Below are positions 53,323 through 62,761 of a DNA stretch of 64,000 bases, one piece after another. Source of the DNA: an uncultured Acidobacteriota bacterium (GTDB taxonomy: Bacteria; Acidobacteriota; UBA6911; RPQK01; JAPXNP01). The notes under the pieces are model-generated. The model searched no databases. It saw nothing but the letters and a program-made list of their open reading frames with translations, and was not told the DNA's origin. A program made the translations under genes and the position numbers. Each line of letters begins with the position of its first letter. Position 1 is the stretch's first letter. The stretch spans positions 288,001-352,000 of the forward strand of contig CAVZRV010000031.1 of the NCBI GenBank assembly GCA_963777605.1. The letters run 5' to 3'.

Positions 53323-54228
53323 TCAGAGTCCGCTTCCGGAACGCGACACGGTGACGCGGACCTCGTTGCCACAACCCAGATACTTCAGAGTTTTAAAGCT
53401 CAACATCCGCGCCATCGCGATGCCTCGGCCATGGGCATCGAACGCACGATCCGGATCAAACTGGAGGAACGGCTTCCAGTCGAACCCCTTTCCCTGGTCC
53501 TTGATCCGGATGGCGATTTCATCATCCGCACCCTGAAAGAACACTTCCACAAACTTGTCCCGGTTGGAAGGCATTTGGAGGCGGCGCTCCACCTCCGTAT
53601 GCCAGCCGTCCCGCTGGAACAGGCACGTCTTCTCTGCGTAAGTGATTCCCAGGTTTCCATGTTCAACCGCGTTGACGAGCAGTTCGGAAAGGCCGGTCAC
53701 GACGAACTCCGGAGCCGGGCAGGCGTTTGACAGAAAGACAGCAAGATTGTCGGCTTCATCCAAATTCTGGTAGCGAAAGTAGCCCTCCCGCATCAGACCG
53801 CAAACCCGGGCGCTCTTCTTCTGTTGATCGTGCAATTCCTGGTAGCGGCGATACTCGGTAACTGCCGACCTCACAATCGGGCACAACAAGCTGACGTCAA
53901 ACGGCTTCACGAGGTAGTAATACGCCCCTGCCTCAAGGCCGGCCAGCACGTCCTCCCGCTCGCCGGCGGACGTAACCACAATGACCGGGATCGGAGCGAG
54001 CAACGGGTGGTCTTTGATGCGCGCCAGCAACTCCAGCCCATCCAGGTCAGGCATCGTGCGGTCGAGGATGATCGCCTGGAATCGACCCGGAGAGGCTTTA
54101 AGCTTTTCCCAGGCAGGCAGGCCTCGATCGACTGCCTCCAGTTGATAGTCCTCATCGATCAGGATTTCGGTGATGATTTCAACGCTGATGGGCTCGTCGT
54201 CAACGATCAAAACGCTCGGCTTCTTCAT
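53323..54228 (-). CDS. Response-regulator receiver fused to an RsbW-like HATPase domain
   Basis: VDDE, LDRTMP and KP receiver motifs; ELLVNAVEHGN, DQGKGF and HGRGI; no HisKA domain. Confidence 0.88.
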   Translation of the reverse strand: MKKPSVLIVDDEPISVEIITEILIDEDYQLEAVDRGLPAWEKLKASPGRFQAIILDRTMPDLDGLELLARIKDHPLLAPIPVIVVTSAGEREDVLAGLEAGAYYYLVKPFDVSLLCPIVRSAVTEYRRYQELHDQQKKSARVCGLMREGYFRYQNLDEADNLAVFLSNACPAPEFVVTGLSELLVNAVEHGNLGITYAEKTCLFQRDGWHTEVERRLQMPSNRDKFVEVFFQGADDEIAIRIKDQGKGFDWKPFLQFDPDRAFDAHGRGIAMARMLSFKTLKYLGCGNEVRVTVSRSGSGL

Positions 54229-54518
54229 GACCAGCAAGGCACTCCCAGAACCTTGCGAAACGCCGGAACAGAGTCACTCCGCGACATAAATCTGGATCCG
54301 GTCGACCCGCAGGCAGATTGCCGAGATAATACCGTGTTTCGTTTCGAAAGGCCTCCTCCCGTGAAATTGTAGCAACGGCTAACGCTGTTGATCGATATCC
54401 GGTAGAATTCGGGTAATTGAAGATGAGCCTTTCCTCGGTTTGAGCATTTTGTGACCGTCGTTAAGGTGCAAACACAGTTTGACTCATACGTTCCCAGGTA
54501 AAAGCAAGGAGTGCGCAT

Positions 54519-55109
54519 ATGGCTAGAAAGCAAGAAGAAGCCAAAGCTGGAACTACTCCGTCAGATGCCGCTTCGATCGACGGGCCCAGTTTGACCGGAT
54601 CGGGTGTGGAGCGGATCCGGGAAATCCTGTTCGGGGCCCAGATGGAGGACTATGATGCCCGCTTTTCGGGGCTCGAGAACAGCCTGAAGGACGCCGCAGC
54701 GGCGCTCCGCGGAGCAATATCCCAAGGGCTTTCAGCACTTCAAGAGGATGTCTCCGGAAAGAGTTCGAACCTGAACAGTCAGTTGGCGGAAACCGAGAGG
54801 GCCCTTCGTGAAGACGCCGGCAAACTATCGGAGCGGCAGAAGCAGGATTCGACACGGCTGGCGGAGACCATCGAGCAGGTACACACCACACTGGACAGCA
54901 AGATCGAGGCCGTCGTCGCGAGATTTGAGGAAGCCATCGCTACTCTGAGCAGTCAGATGGAGGCCCGGAATTCCGAAATGCTGAAGACCCTCGATACTCG
55001 CGTCAAGGAACTGAGTGCGGTGAAAGCAGACCGGGCAACGCTGGCTACGCTGCTCACCGACCTGGCCGGAAATCTGACCTCGGATTCCGAATCCCGGGAT
55101 AAAGAATAG
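54519..55109 (+). CDS. Coiled-coil protein typical of small-GTPase/OmpA loci
   Basis: VERIREILFGAQMEDYDARF N-terminus, heptad body and KADRATLA.LL C-terminus. Confidence 0.75.
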   Translation: MARKQEEAKAGTTPSDAASIDGPSLTGSGVERIREILFGAQMEDYDARFSGLENSLKDAAAALRGAISQGLSALQEDVSGKSSNLNSQLAETERALREDAGKLSERQKQDSTRLAETIEQVHTTLDSKIEAVVARFEEAIATLSSQMEARNSEMLKTLDTRVKELSAVKADRATLATLLTDLAGNLTSDSESRDKE

Positions 55110-55157
55110 GTAGCACCTGCCGGTCTTCAAAGGACTGAGGCCGCTGCGGTACTCACG

Positions 55158-56903
55158 ATGGGCAAGTCAAAGCCTCAACTTGAATGTGACAAGCAACCCG
55201 AACCGGGCTCCTCGAACGAGGGTCTCGAAGAGCTCCGGAGGATTCTGCTCGACCCGGATCGAGAAAGGCTTGCCCGGCTCGCGCGGCGGGTTGAGGGCCA
55301 TGAAGACCGGGCCAGCGACGTTGGCGAAGTATTCGTCGAAGCCCTCGAACTCAGAGATGCGGCGGACCAGACGGTAACCGAGGCGCTGTCGCCTCGCATC
55401 GAGGACGCTCTTCGCCGGACGATCCGGCGCAATCCCAGAATCCTGGTCGATATTCTCTTCCCGATTATCGGCCCGATGATCCGCAAGGCGATTTCCGAGT
55501 CCTTTCGTCGGCTTCTGGAATCGTTCAACGAAGGCCTTGAACACAGTTTCACTCTCCGGGGATTGCGCTGGCGATGGGAAGCCTGGAGATCGGGACGTCC
55601 ATTTTCCGAGGTCGTGCTGCTTCACACTCTGGAGTACCGGGTGGAGCAGGTCTTCCTTATACACAGTGAGAGTGGCCTCCTGATCGATCATGCAGCGATC
55701 GAGACGGTCATTGCTGAGAATCCTGATCTTGTTTCAGGAATGTTTACGGCACTCCGTGATTTCGTGAAAGATTCCTTTCGAGTAGACGAATCAGGATCAG
55801 TAGGAGAGCTCCAGGTGGGGGATCTCACAATCTGGGCGGAATCAGCGCCTTACACGACCTTGGCGGCAGTTATTCGCGGAACGGCCCCCAGCGAGTTAAG
55901 AGACTTGCTGCAAGACACCTCCGGGAGAATCCACCAGAGGTTGGGTACGGAACTGGCAAATTTCGACAGAGATCAATCGATCGGAAGCCAGGCCCATCCC
56001 TATTTGCAGGACTGCCTGCTGCAGAAGAGGGCTCCGAAGCAGAAGCCCGTGCTGGCCTGGGCACTTCTCAGCGCCATCGCCCTCGTTCTCCTGACCATTT
56101 TCGGATACTTCGCCGTCAGCCATTACCTTGACGGTCAAAAATTCGAGCAGTACCTCGAAACCCTGAGACGGGAACCCGGAATTGTGGTAACCCAGGCGGG
56201 CAGGGAGGGAGGAAAGTACCAGGTCGTCGGGCTGCGCGATCCGCTGGCCGTTGAGCCCGATACCGTTGCCCGGTCGGTCGGACTGACAGCGGACGAGCTT
56301 CAGACTTTCTGGAAGTCTTACGTTTCGACCGAAGATCTGCTTGTGGCGGCGCGCGTCCGGCAGGTCCTCCACGCACCCGATACGGTTCGTCTTGAGGTCT
56401 CCGAGGGAGTACTTCACATTTCTGGTTCCGCCGATCCGGACTGGCTCAGCCGGGCGGAGGATCTCATTCGACTCGTACCGGGAGTCGGTGTCGTCGACTT
56501 GACCGGTTTGAGCACATTGAACTCGCAGTGGTTTCGTGGGCTGAAAGATTCCATGGAGGGGACCCGGATCTTCTTCGAACCCGGGTCGCGGGAAATTTCT
56601 CCGGACGAGATTTCCAAATTGGAGTCTGCTGCCCAGGTGCTGACCCGGTTGCTGGCCGGTGCGATTCCACGGTCCGCCGTGCGGATCGAAGTCCTCGGGA
56701 TGGCTGACAGCGAGGGTGAAACCGAGTTCAACCAGAAGTTGAGTGAAGAGAGGGCCGAAGCCGTGAGACGTCAACTCGTTACGCTCGGGCTGGATGGCGA
56801 CAGCCTGATCGCCGTCGGACAAGGCGAGGGCGGGAGTGTAGTTTCGGCCCGGCGGGTCGGATTTCAGATCGTTGTGGCCTCCCCAGAACCTGCCGGTGAA
56901 TGA
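55158..56903 (+). CDS. Inner-membrane protein: cytoplasmic longin-like domain, TM helix, BON-like domain, OmpA-like peptidoglycan-binding domain
   Basis: YRVEQVFLIHSESGLLI..DLVSGMFTALRDFV; TM at LAWALL..; EPGIVV, GLRDPLA; G.AD.EG...NQKLS..RA..V. Confidence 0.85.
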   Translation: MGKSKPQLECDKQPEPGSSNEGLEELRRILLDPDRERLARLARRVEGHEDRASDVGEVFVEALELRDAADQTVTEALSPRIEDALRRTIRRNPRILVDILFPIIGPMIRKAISESFRRLLESFNEGLEHSFTLRGLRWRWEAWRSGRPFSEVVLLHTLEYRVEQVFLIHSESGLLIDHAAIETVIAENPDLVSGMFTALRDFVKDSFRVDESGSVGELQVGDLTIWAESAPYTTLAAVIRGTAPSELRDLLQDTSGRIHQRLGTELANFDRDQSIGSQAHPYLQDCLLQKRAPKQKPVLAWALLSAIALVLLTIFGYFAVSHYLDGQKFEQYLETLRREPGIVVTQAGREGGKYQVVGLRDPLAVEPDTVARSVGLTADELQTFWKSYVSTEDLLVAARVRQVLHAPDTVRLEVSEGVLHISGSADPDWLSRAEDLIRLVPGVGVVDLTGLSTLNSQWFRGLKDSMEGTRIFFEPGSREISPDEISKLESAAQVLTRLLAGAIPRSAVRIEVLGMADSEGETEFNQKLSEERAEAVRRQLVTLGLDGDSLIAVGQGEGGSVVSARRVGFQIVVASPEPAGE

Positions 56904-57171
56904 TCGATGCAAAAGACCGAACTGCCGGGCGGGGCAATCAATCCTGTGAACGGGCGCGAGGCTTCTGAGAACCAGTATGCCCACACCAACCTGCACAATA
57001 CTAACGAATTTTCGTGGGCTTCTGAGGGCCGTATCGATGCAGGAAGGGTTCCGACTCAGGCGCTTTCAGCCCGGAGTCGGCATCTGCCTGGCTCCGGCAT
57101 GAGGAGCGCCGCAGCGTTCATCGAATCGATCCAAACTTGAAGTAGGCCTCGCGCCATACTCCAATGAAGAA

Positions 57172-58251
57172 ATGGATTTCGCTCAAATCTGGAACCAAGT
57201 GCCCGATCCCGAAGTGATCCTGATGCCGGTCGCAGCCATCCTGGCGGCGATCGTCCTCGGCCTTCTGACTTACTTCGTCCTCTTCAGAATTCTGAATCGG
57301 TTCGCTTCGCGCACCCGGACGTTGGCGGACGATGCTTTCGTCAAACATTGTTCCCGGTCGGCGAAGTTGTTTCTCCCGCTCCTCTTCGTCTGGTTGAGCC
57401 TACCCTTCTTCAAGTCCGACTCCTCGGCGTTTGCGTTCGTCAGCCATCTCCTGGAGATCCTGGTGGTCGTGACTCTGACCATGATGCTCATCGATCTGAC
57501 GGGTGTTCTCCAGGACATTGTTCTGAGCCATGTCCGAATGGACGTTGAAGACAACCTGAGAGCCCGAAAAATCTGGACCCAGATCGACCTGTTGAGAAAG
57601 ATCTCGGTCGTCGTGATCGTCATCCTCGGAGCAGCTGCGATTCTGATGAGTTACGACCGGCTCAGACAGTTGGGAACGGGACTGCTCGCATCTGCCGGAG
57701 TGGCGGGGTTGATTATCGGCTTCGCCGCGCAGAAGACAATCGCCAACATGTTGGCAGGCCTGCAGATCGCCATCACCCAGCCGATCCGCATCGACGACGT
57801 GGTGGTCGTGGAAGGCGAATGGGGCCGCATCGAAGAGATCACCCTGACTTACGTGGTCGTCTGCATCTGGGATCTGAGGCGGCTGGTCCTGCCGATCAGC
57901 TACTTCATCGAGAAACCCTTTCAAAACTGGACGCGGGTGTCTGCGGACATCCTCGGAACCGTGTTCCTCTACGTCGATTACTCCATGCCCATCGAGGAAC
58001 TGCGGCAGGAACTCGGGCGAATAGTGGAGGGAAGCGACCACTGGAATCACGAGGTGTGGCGCCTGCACGTAACGAGCGCCACCGAGAAGACCGTTGAACT
58101 GCGGGCACTGATGAGTGCGGCTGACTCCCCGACGGCCTGGGAACTTCGTTGCGAAGTGCGTGAAAAGCTGATCACGTTCGTCCAGGAAAGATTCCCCGAT
58201 TGCCTGCCCCGGTTTCGCGCCGAACTCGACCCGCGGGGAGGGAACCAATAA
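57172..58251 (+). CDS. MscS-family mechanosensitive channel
   Basis: LLASAGVAG..IGFAAQ, QPIRIDD.V and GRIEEI motifs. Confidence 0.92.
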   Translation: MDFAQIWNQVPDPEVILMPVAAILAAIVLGLLTYFVLFRILNRFASRTRTLADDAFVKHCSRSAKLFLPLLFVWLSLPFFKSDSSAFAFVSHLLEILVVVTLTMMLIDLTGVLQDIVLSHVRMDVEDNLRARKIWTQIDLLRKISVVVIVILGAAAILMSYDRLRQLGTGLLASAGVAGLIIGFAAQKTIANMLAGLQIAITQPIRIDDVVVVEGEWGRIEEITLTYVVVCIWDLRRLVLPISYFIEKPFQNWTRVSADILGTVFLYVDYSMPIEELRQELGRIVEGSDHWNHEVWRLHVTSATEKTVELRALMSAADSPTAWELRCEVREKLITFVQERFPDCLPRFRAELDPRGGNQ

Positions 58252-58286
58252 GATATGGGACAATCAGCCCTCAGGAGGACACGATC

Positions 58287-58778
58287 ATGGCTATCTCTGA
58301 TTCTCTGATTGCAGAACTGAAACACGAAGTGATCGCTACCCGCAAGGTTCTGGAGCGGGTACCCGACGACCGGCTCGAATGGAGGCCCCACGCGAAATCC
58401 TGGGATTTCATTCACCTTGCTTCCCACGTTGCCACCATTCTCGAGTGGGTCGAGCCGACGCTGGATCTGGAGGAGATGATCCTGCCCGAGAACTACAAAC
58501 CTTGGCTGGGAACCTCGAGCGCGGAATTGGTCGCGAAATTCGACGAGAGCGTCGCCAAAGCGATCAAACATCTTTCCGGTTACCAGGACAGCGAACTGAT
58601 GAAACCCTGGAGCCTGAGGGACGCTCAGCAGGTCTATTTCACGCTGCCCAGGGTTGCGGTCCTCCGGTCGTTCGTGATGAACCACCTCGTCCACCACCGC
58701 GGTCAACTGACAATCTACCTTCGACTGAATGACATCCCAATGCCCGCGATCTACGGCCCGTCCGCCGACGAGTCCTGA
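58287..58778 (+). CDS. DinB family protein
   Basis: WRPHAKS..LASH and NHLVHHRGQL..YLR...IYGPSADE motifs. Confidence 0.9.
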   Translation: MAISDSLIAELKHEVIATRKVLERVPDDRLEWRPHAKSWDFIHLASHVATILEWVEPTLDLEEMILPENYKPWLGTSSAELVAKFDESVAKAIKHLSGYQDSELMKPWSLRDAQQVYFTLPRVAVLRSFVMNHLVHHRGQLTIYLRLNDIPMPAIYGPSADES

Positions 58779-58796
58779 ACCGGAGACTGCGTCAAC

Positions 58797-61202
58797 TCAA
58801 CGGGGGTGCAGCTCGGTCTTCGATTCCGCCCCGGCTTCAATCCTGTCCCGGGAATAGAGGAGCGGAAAGTACTCCCCGCCGGCCCAGGGCCGAGCCAGAT
58901 CCCGGTAGTGGGGGCTGTCGGGGTCGCCCGACTGCCCCGGCGAGTTGGTCCCGACGCTTCGATCCCAGTCATCCAGGTCGACGATGACTCGGAAGGATGC
59001 CCCCGACACCTGAAGATCCTGGCTGTTGGTCATGTTCACGGTCGATGCGCTCCCTCCCCGGGAGAGCGGGCCGACATCCAGCGTGCCGCGTCTGGACTCG
59101 CGAACGGAGGAACTGAGCGCGTGCTCGAACTCGATGTGATGGAGCGCCGGGTCCCCCCAACGCCACGATTTGTGATCCGGCCCGAATCGCTTCGTCAGGT
59201 CAGCGACCGACGCCTGGAGGCATTCCAGCAGCAGGCGGTCACGCCCCTCCAGCGGTTTGCTGCCGAATGCTGCGTCCGGGGCGAGGAGCCAGTCGATCGC
59301 TTTTCGGAGCGACCTGGAATCGAACGACTCCCGGATTTCATCGGGCAGGTGGAGGTCCCAGACCCGCTCGCTCAGCGTTCTCTCCCAGACCATGTAGAGG
59401 GCTGCCGCGGCGGAGTCCGGTTTGAGCCGAAAATCCCAACCTTCCAGCAGGGTCTTCACCTCCTGAATTGCCGGATCCGGGCTCTCCAGGTTCCGAAGCA
59501 GCGGCACCAGCCAGCGGGCCGGGAGGCTGAGGTAGTCCTGCTGCAATGACATCATGTCAGCCATCGACAAGAGCCGGCCCGAACCCAGGACTTCCTGGAT
59601 CCGGGCGTAGCGGAACGGCTCCGCCCACTGCACTCCCAGTGGGAACGGGTAACTGCGTGGAAGATTCTCCTGGTTGGCCGTGGCCAGAAACCCTTCTGGA
59701 GGATTGATTCGGTGGGGCAGTTCGCTGACCGGCAGAAAGCCGTTCCACTCGAAGCGCCCGTCTCCGGGGACCGGGAGCAGCCCGTTCCAGTTGGGTCGGA
59801 GCGGGGCGATGCCGGTTGCCTGCCAACCGATGTTTCCGTTCCGGTCGGCCCACACCATGTTCTCCGATGGCGCCAGAAAGAAGTCGCACGCTGCCTTAAA
59901 CTCATCCCACGAGTGCGCCTGGTCGAATCTGAGACTGGCAAGGTAGGGCGCGGTGCCCGGTTCAAGCCAGGCCGCCCTCAACGCGTAGGCCCGGTGATTC
60001 TGCTCGTCCTGGTAAAGAACCGGGCCGTGGCGAGTGAATCGCAGCTTAACCCTGCGGGCTTCACTGCCCTTGACAGGAATTGTTTCCTCCAATTCCCGCA
60101 TCTGCTCCCAACCATCCCGGTAACGATAGCGAAGAGGGTTCGCCGGGTCGGTTTCGTAGACGTAGAGGTCCTCCTGATCGATGGAAAAGATCGTGAGTCC
60201 CCACGCCCCGTTGTCGTTGTGCCCGATGGAGACTCCGGGCAGAGCCGGTTCGCCACCGCCGATCACGTTCCATTGATCCGAAACCAGGTGGACAAAGTAG
60301 CGAAGTGACGGCACCTGCTGGGAACGGTGAGGATCGTTGGCAAGAAATGCCGACCGGGTCAGCGTTCGGGACGGACTGATCGCCCAGTTGTTGCTGCCAA
60401 GGTTTAGCCCTTCGAGGCGATCGAACGGCCTCCGAATCAAGGCGGTCTCGCCTGCCTGCTGAGGATTTCTCCAATCCGGGTCCACGATGTCTCCGGGCTT
60501 TGGCGAGAATTCGGAACGGGATGCCCGGTAGAGGTCGAGGATGGAGTCATTGATCAGGCCGAGCTTCAGCCCGTCGGGAACCTCGATCCGGTGGCGGCCC
60601 GGTTCCAGGGTCAGCAAAGCGCTCATGCGGTCCGCTCCGATCTTCGAAGTCCATTGGGCCAGCTTCACTTCGACCGAAGCATTGCGAAACAGCCCGTTGT
60701 GCCGTGAGACCACCACCTCGGGAGTCCATTTGCCCGGTTTGATCCCGAGCAGCTGAAACTCGATCGGCAACTTTCCGGGCTGCTGGTCGAGGAGATCGAT
60801 GTACGCATTGATTCCCCGAACGAAAGCTCCGACGATTCGTTCACCGCGGGGATGGTAATGCTTGAGTTCACTTGAAAGGTCACCGCGAAAACTCAACAAC
60901 CGAGCCCCAATGTCTTGTTGGAGTGCCTTCTCTCCAAGGACCTCGGAGACCGTGCCGGTCGCCGCCCGCCTCCAGACCTCCAGCTGAAAGAGCCGGTCCC
61001 GGGCGGCATTGAACCCCTGGGCAAAAAAGAGATCATCTTCGGAGGAAGCGTAGATATGGGAAATCCCCCAGGGATCCCGGACGATTTCGACCGAATCCCC
61101 GATTCCATCGATTGAAATGTTCTCGAGGGCCGGGTCCCTGGAGAGGAACCCGGTCCCGGCTACCAGCGAAAACAGAAGGAGGGCGAGAGAAAAACGCTTC
61201 AT
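58797..61202 (-). CDS. Penicillin acylase family Ntn-hydrolase (peptidase S45)
   Basis: RDPWGISHIYA, DRLFQL, GSNNW, ANDPH, TANQ and PGQSG.P.SPHY motifs. Confidence 0.93.
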   Translation of the reverse strand: MKRFSLALLLFSLVAGTGFLSRDPALENISIDGIGDSVEIVRDPWGISHIYASSEDDLFFAQGFNAARDRLFQLEVWRRAATGTVSEVLGEKALQQDIGARLLSFRGDLSSELKHYHPRGERIVGAFVRGINAYIDLLDQQPGKLPIEFQLLGIKPGKWTPEVVVSRHNGLFRNASVEVKLAQWTSKIGADRMSALLTLEPGRHRIEVPDGLKLGLINDSILDLYRASRSEFSPKPGDIVDPDWRNPQQAGETALIRRPFDRLEGLNLGSNNWAISPSRTLTRSAFLANDPHRSQQVPSLRYFVHLVSDQWNVIGGGEPALPGVSIGHNDNGAWGLTIFSIDQEDLYVYETDPANPLRYRYRDGWEQMRELEETIPVKGSEARRVKLRFTRHGPVLYQDEQNHRAYALRAAWLEPGTAPYLASLRFDQAHSWDEFKAACDFFLAPSENMVWADRNGNIGWQATGIAPLRPNWNGLLPVPGDGRFEWNGFLPVSELPHRINPPEGFLATANQENLPRSYPFPLGVQWAEPFRYARIQEVLGSGRLLSMADMMSLQQDYLSLPARWLVPLLRNLESPDPAIQEVKTLLEGWDFRLKPDSAAAALYMVWERTLSERVWDLHLPDEIRESFDSRSLRKAIDWLLAPDAAFGSKPLEGRDRLLLECLQASVADLTKRFGPDHKSWRWGDPALHHIEFEHALSSSVRESRRGTLDVGPLSRGGSASTVNMTNSQDLQVSGASFRVIVDLDDWDRSVGTNSPGQSGDPDSPHYRDLARPWAGGEYFPLLYSRDRIEAGAESKTELHPR

Positions 61203-61368
61203 TCCTCTTCTCTACCCAACCCGTTCCGGAAACGCAAGCACTCCGTCATCGGGACGGGGTGCAACTCAGACCGACTGGTTTTGGGTTTGGAGAGTTCGTC
61301 ATATGCTCAGGGTCGGGGACGGACCCCGACGGGTGGTGAGACAGGAGACACCCTCTTGGAAGATTGTC

Positions 61369-62619
61369 CTACGGTGCCTGGTTGCCGACACGGAGAACGT
61401 AGGCCTGGCGGCTTCCCGTGAAGGTGGAGTTGAAACCGATTTGGCGGCCGCTGGAACTCCAGCGAGGATGGAGGTCGCATCGCCATTCGCCGCCGAACGG
61501 CTCCGGCTCGACGAACCGGCCCACCGGGAGGACCGCTTCAGACTCCATGTCCATCAGGAAGAGGTGCTGTTCCCGAAGCTTGTTGGGATAGGTGTCGGTC
61601 ACCATCCACTTTCCGTCCGGCGAGAAGGTCCCGTGCCCGTCATAGTCCAGCAACCCACGTCCCAACCTGCGGTAGTTCTGACGGCCCACGGTGAACAGTA
61701 CGTGGCTCCATATCTTGCCCTCGAACAGACTGGTGATCATCAGGTTCTCTCCGTCGAGCCAGTCGAAGTGCGAGCCGCTCCAGCCGTCCGGGAAACAACG
61801 CCGCAACCCGGTCCCATCGACGTTCACGGTCAAAGCCGTCGTGTTCCGCTCGGGGATGGCACGGGCAAGCCAGAAGACCTTGCTGCCGTCACGGCTGAAG
61901 AGAGTGTGGTTGAAGTATTCGAGGCCATCCTCCGGGACATCGGGCACGAGTTCCTTTACGTCCGCGATCGAGACGAGGAGTCGCCTCGTCCCGGTTTCCA
62001 GGTCCACCAGGAAGAGGCCATCGTCGCCGGGGAATATTTCGCCTTCACGCGGAGCCTGCCCCCGTCCGCCATAACCGTAGTCGGGCCGGGTCCTTCTCAG
62101 GCGCGCAAAGTTGATACTGACCGCCCGGGTTCCGTCCGGAGAAACCGCACTCACCGGCCAGGGGATCACCCGGAGCTCCTTGCGGGTGCGGATATCGAAT
62201 ATGACTGAAACGAACTTTCCATCACGGAGATCGTTGAAAATCAGTTGCGACTCCGGATCGGTTCCCAGCCAGTGCGCCATGCAACCCTGCTGGAAATTCC
62301 AGGCCCGGGTCTCGAGCAGTGGCAGGAATTGCTTCGTCTCCATGTCCACGAGTCCGAGAGTCGCAGGGTCCGCATCGCTCGGCAGCCGGTCCCGGATCGA
62401 CGTCTCGAGGACGGTCGCATATCGTTCGGAACGATTCCACGAGTTGATCCCGTAGTAACTCGCGTAGAAATGCTCTTGTGGACCGTCCGTAACCGCTTCA
62501 TACCCCGCGACCCGGGGAAATCGAACAATCGTCTCCGGCCTCTCCGGCTGGCTGATCCCGGCCGGCACAAACAACAACGCAAAGAATGAGAGGCATACGG
62601 AGATCGAGCCCACCTTCAT
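61369..62619 (-). CDS. Secreted TolB-like beta-propeller protein
   Basis: Signal peptide; AWNFQQG, SPDG repeats, TDTYP and RCDLHPRWS motifs. Confidence 0.75.
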   Translation of the reverse strand: MKVGSISVCLSFFALLFVPAGISQPERPETIVRFPRVAGYEAVTDGPQEHFYASYYGINSWNRSERYATVLETSIRDRLPSDADPATLGLVDMETKQFLPLLETRAWNFQQGCMAHWLGTDPESQLIFNDLRDGKFVSVIFDIRTRKELRVIPWPVSAVSPDGTRAVSINFARLRRTRPDYGYGGRGQAPREGEIFPGDDGLFLVDLETGTRRLLVSIADVKELVPDVPEDGLEYFNHTLFSRDGSKVFWLARAIPERNTTALTVNVDGTGLRRCFPDGWSGSHFDWLDGENLMITSLFEGKIWSHVLFTVGRQNYRRLGRGLLDYDGHGTFSPDGKWMVTDTYPNKLREQHLFLMDMESEAVLPVGRFVEPEPFGGEWRCDLHPRWSSSGRQIGFNSTFTGSRQAYVLRVGNQAP

Positions 62620-62761
62620 AACGACTCCTCAGTTGGTTTCCCGGCCTGACCGATCAAACCTCCGTCGGCCAAAGACGAAAGTCCATCACCCGGTGCAATC
62701 ATCCGGTCTCTAAGACTACCGCGTTGAGGAGTCGCCCGCACTCAAAGAAAACCGCAAACAC

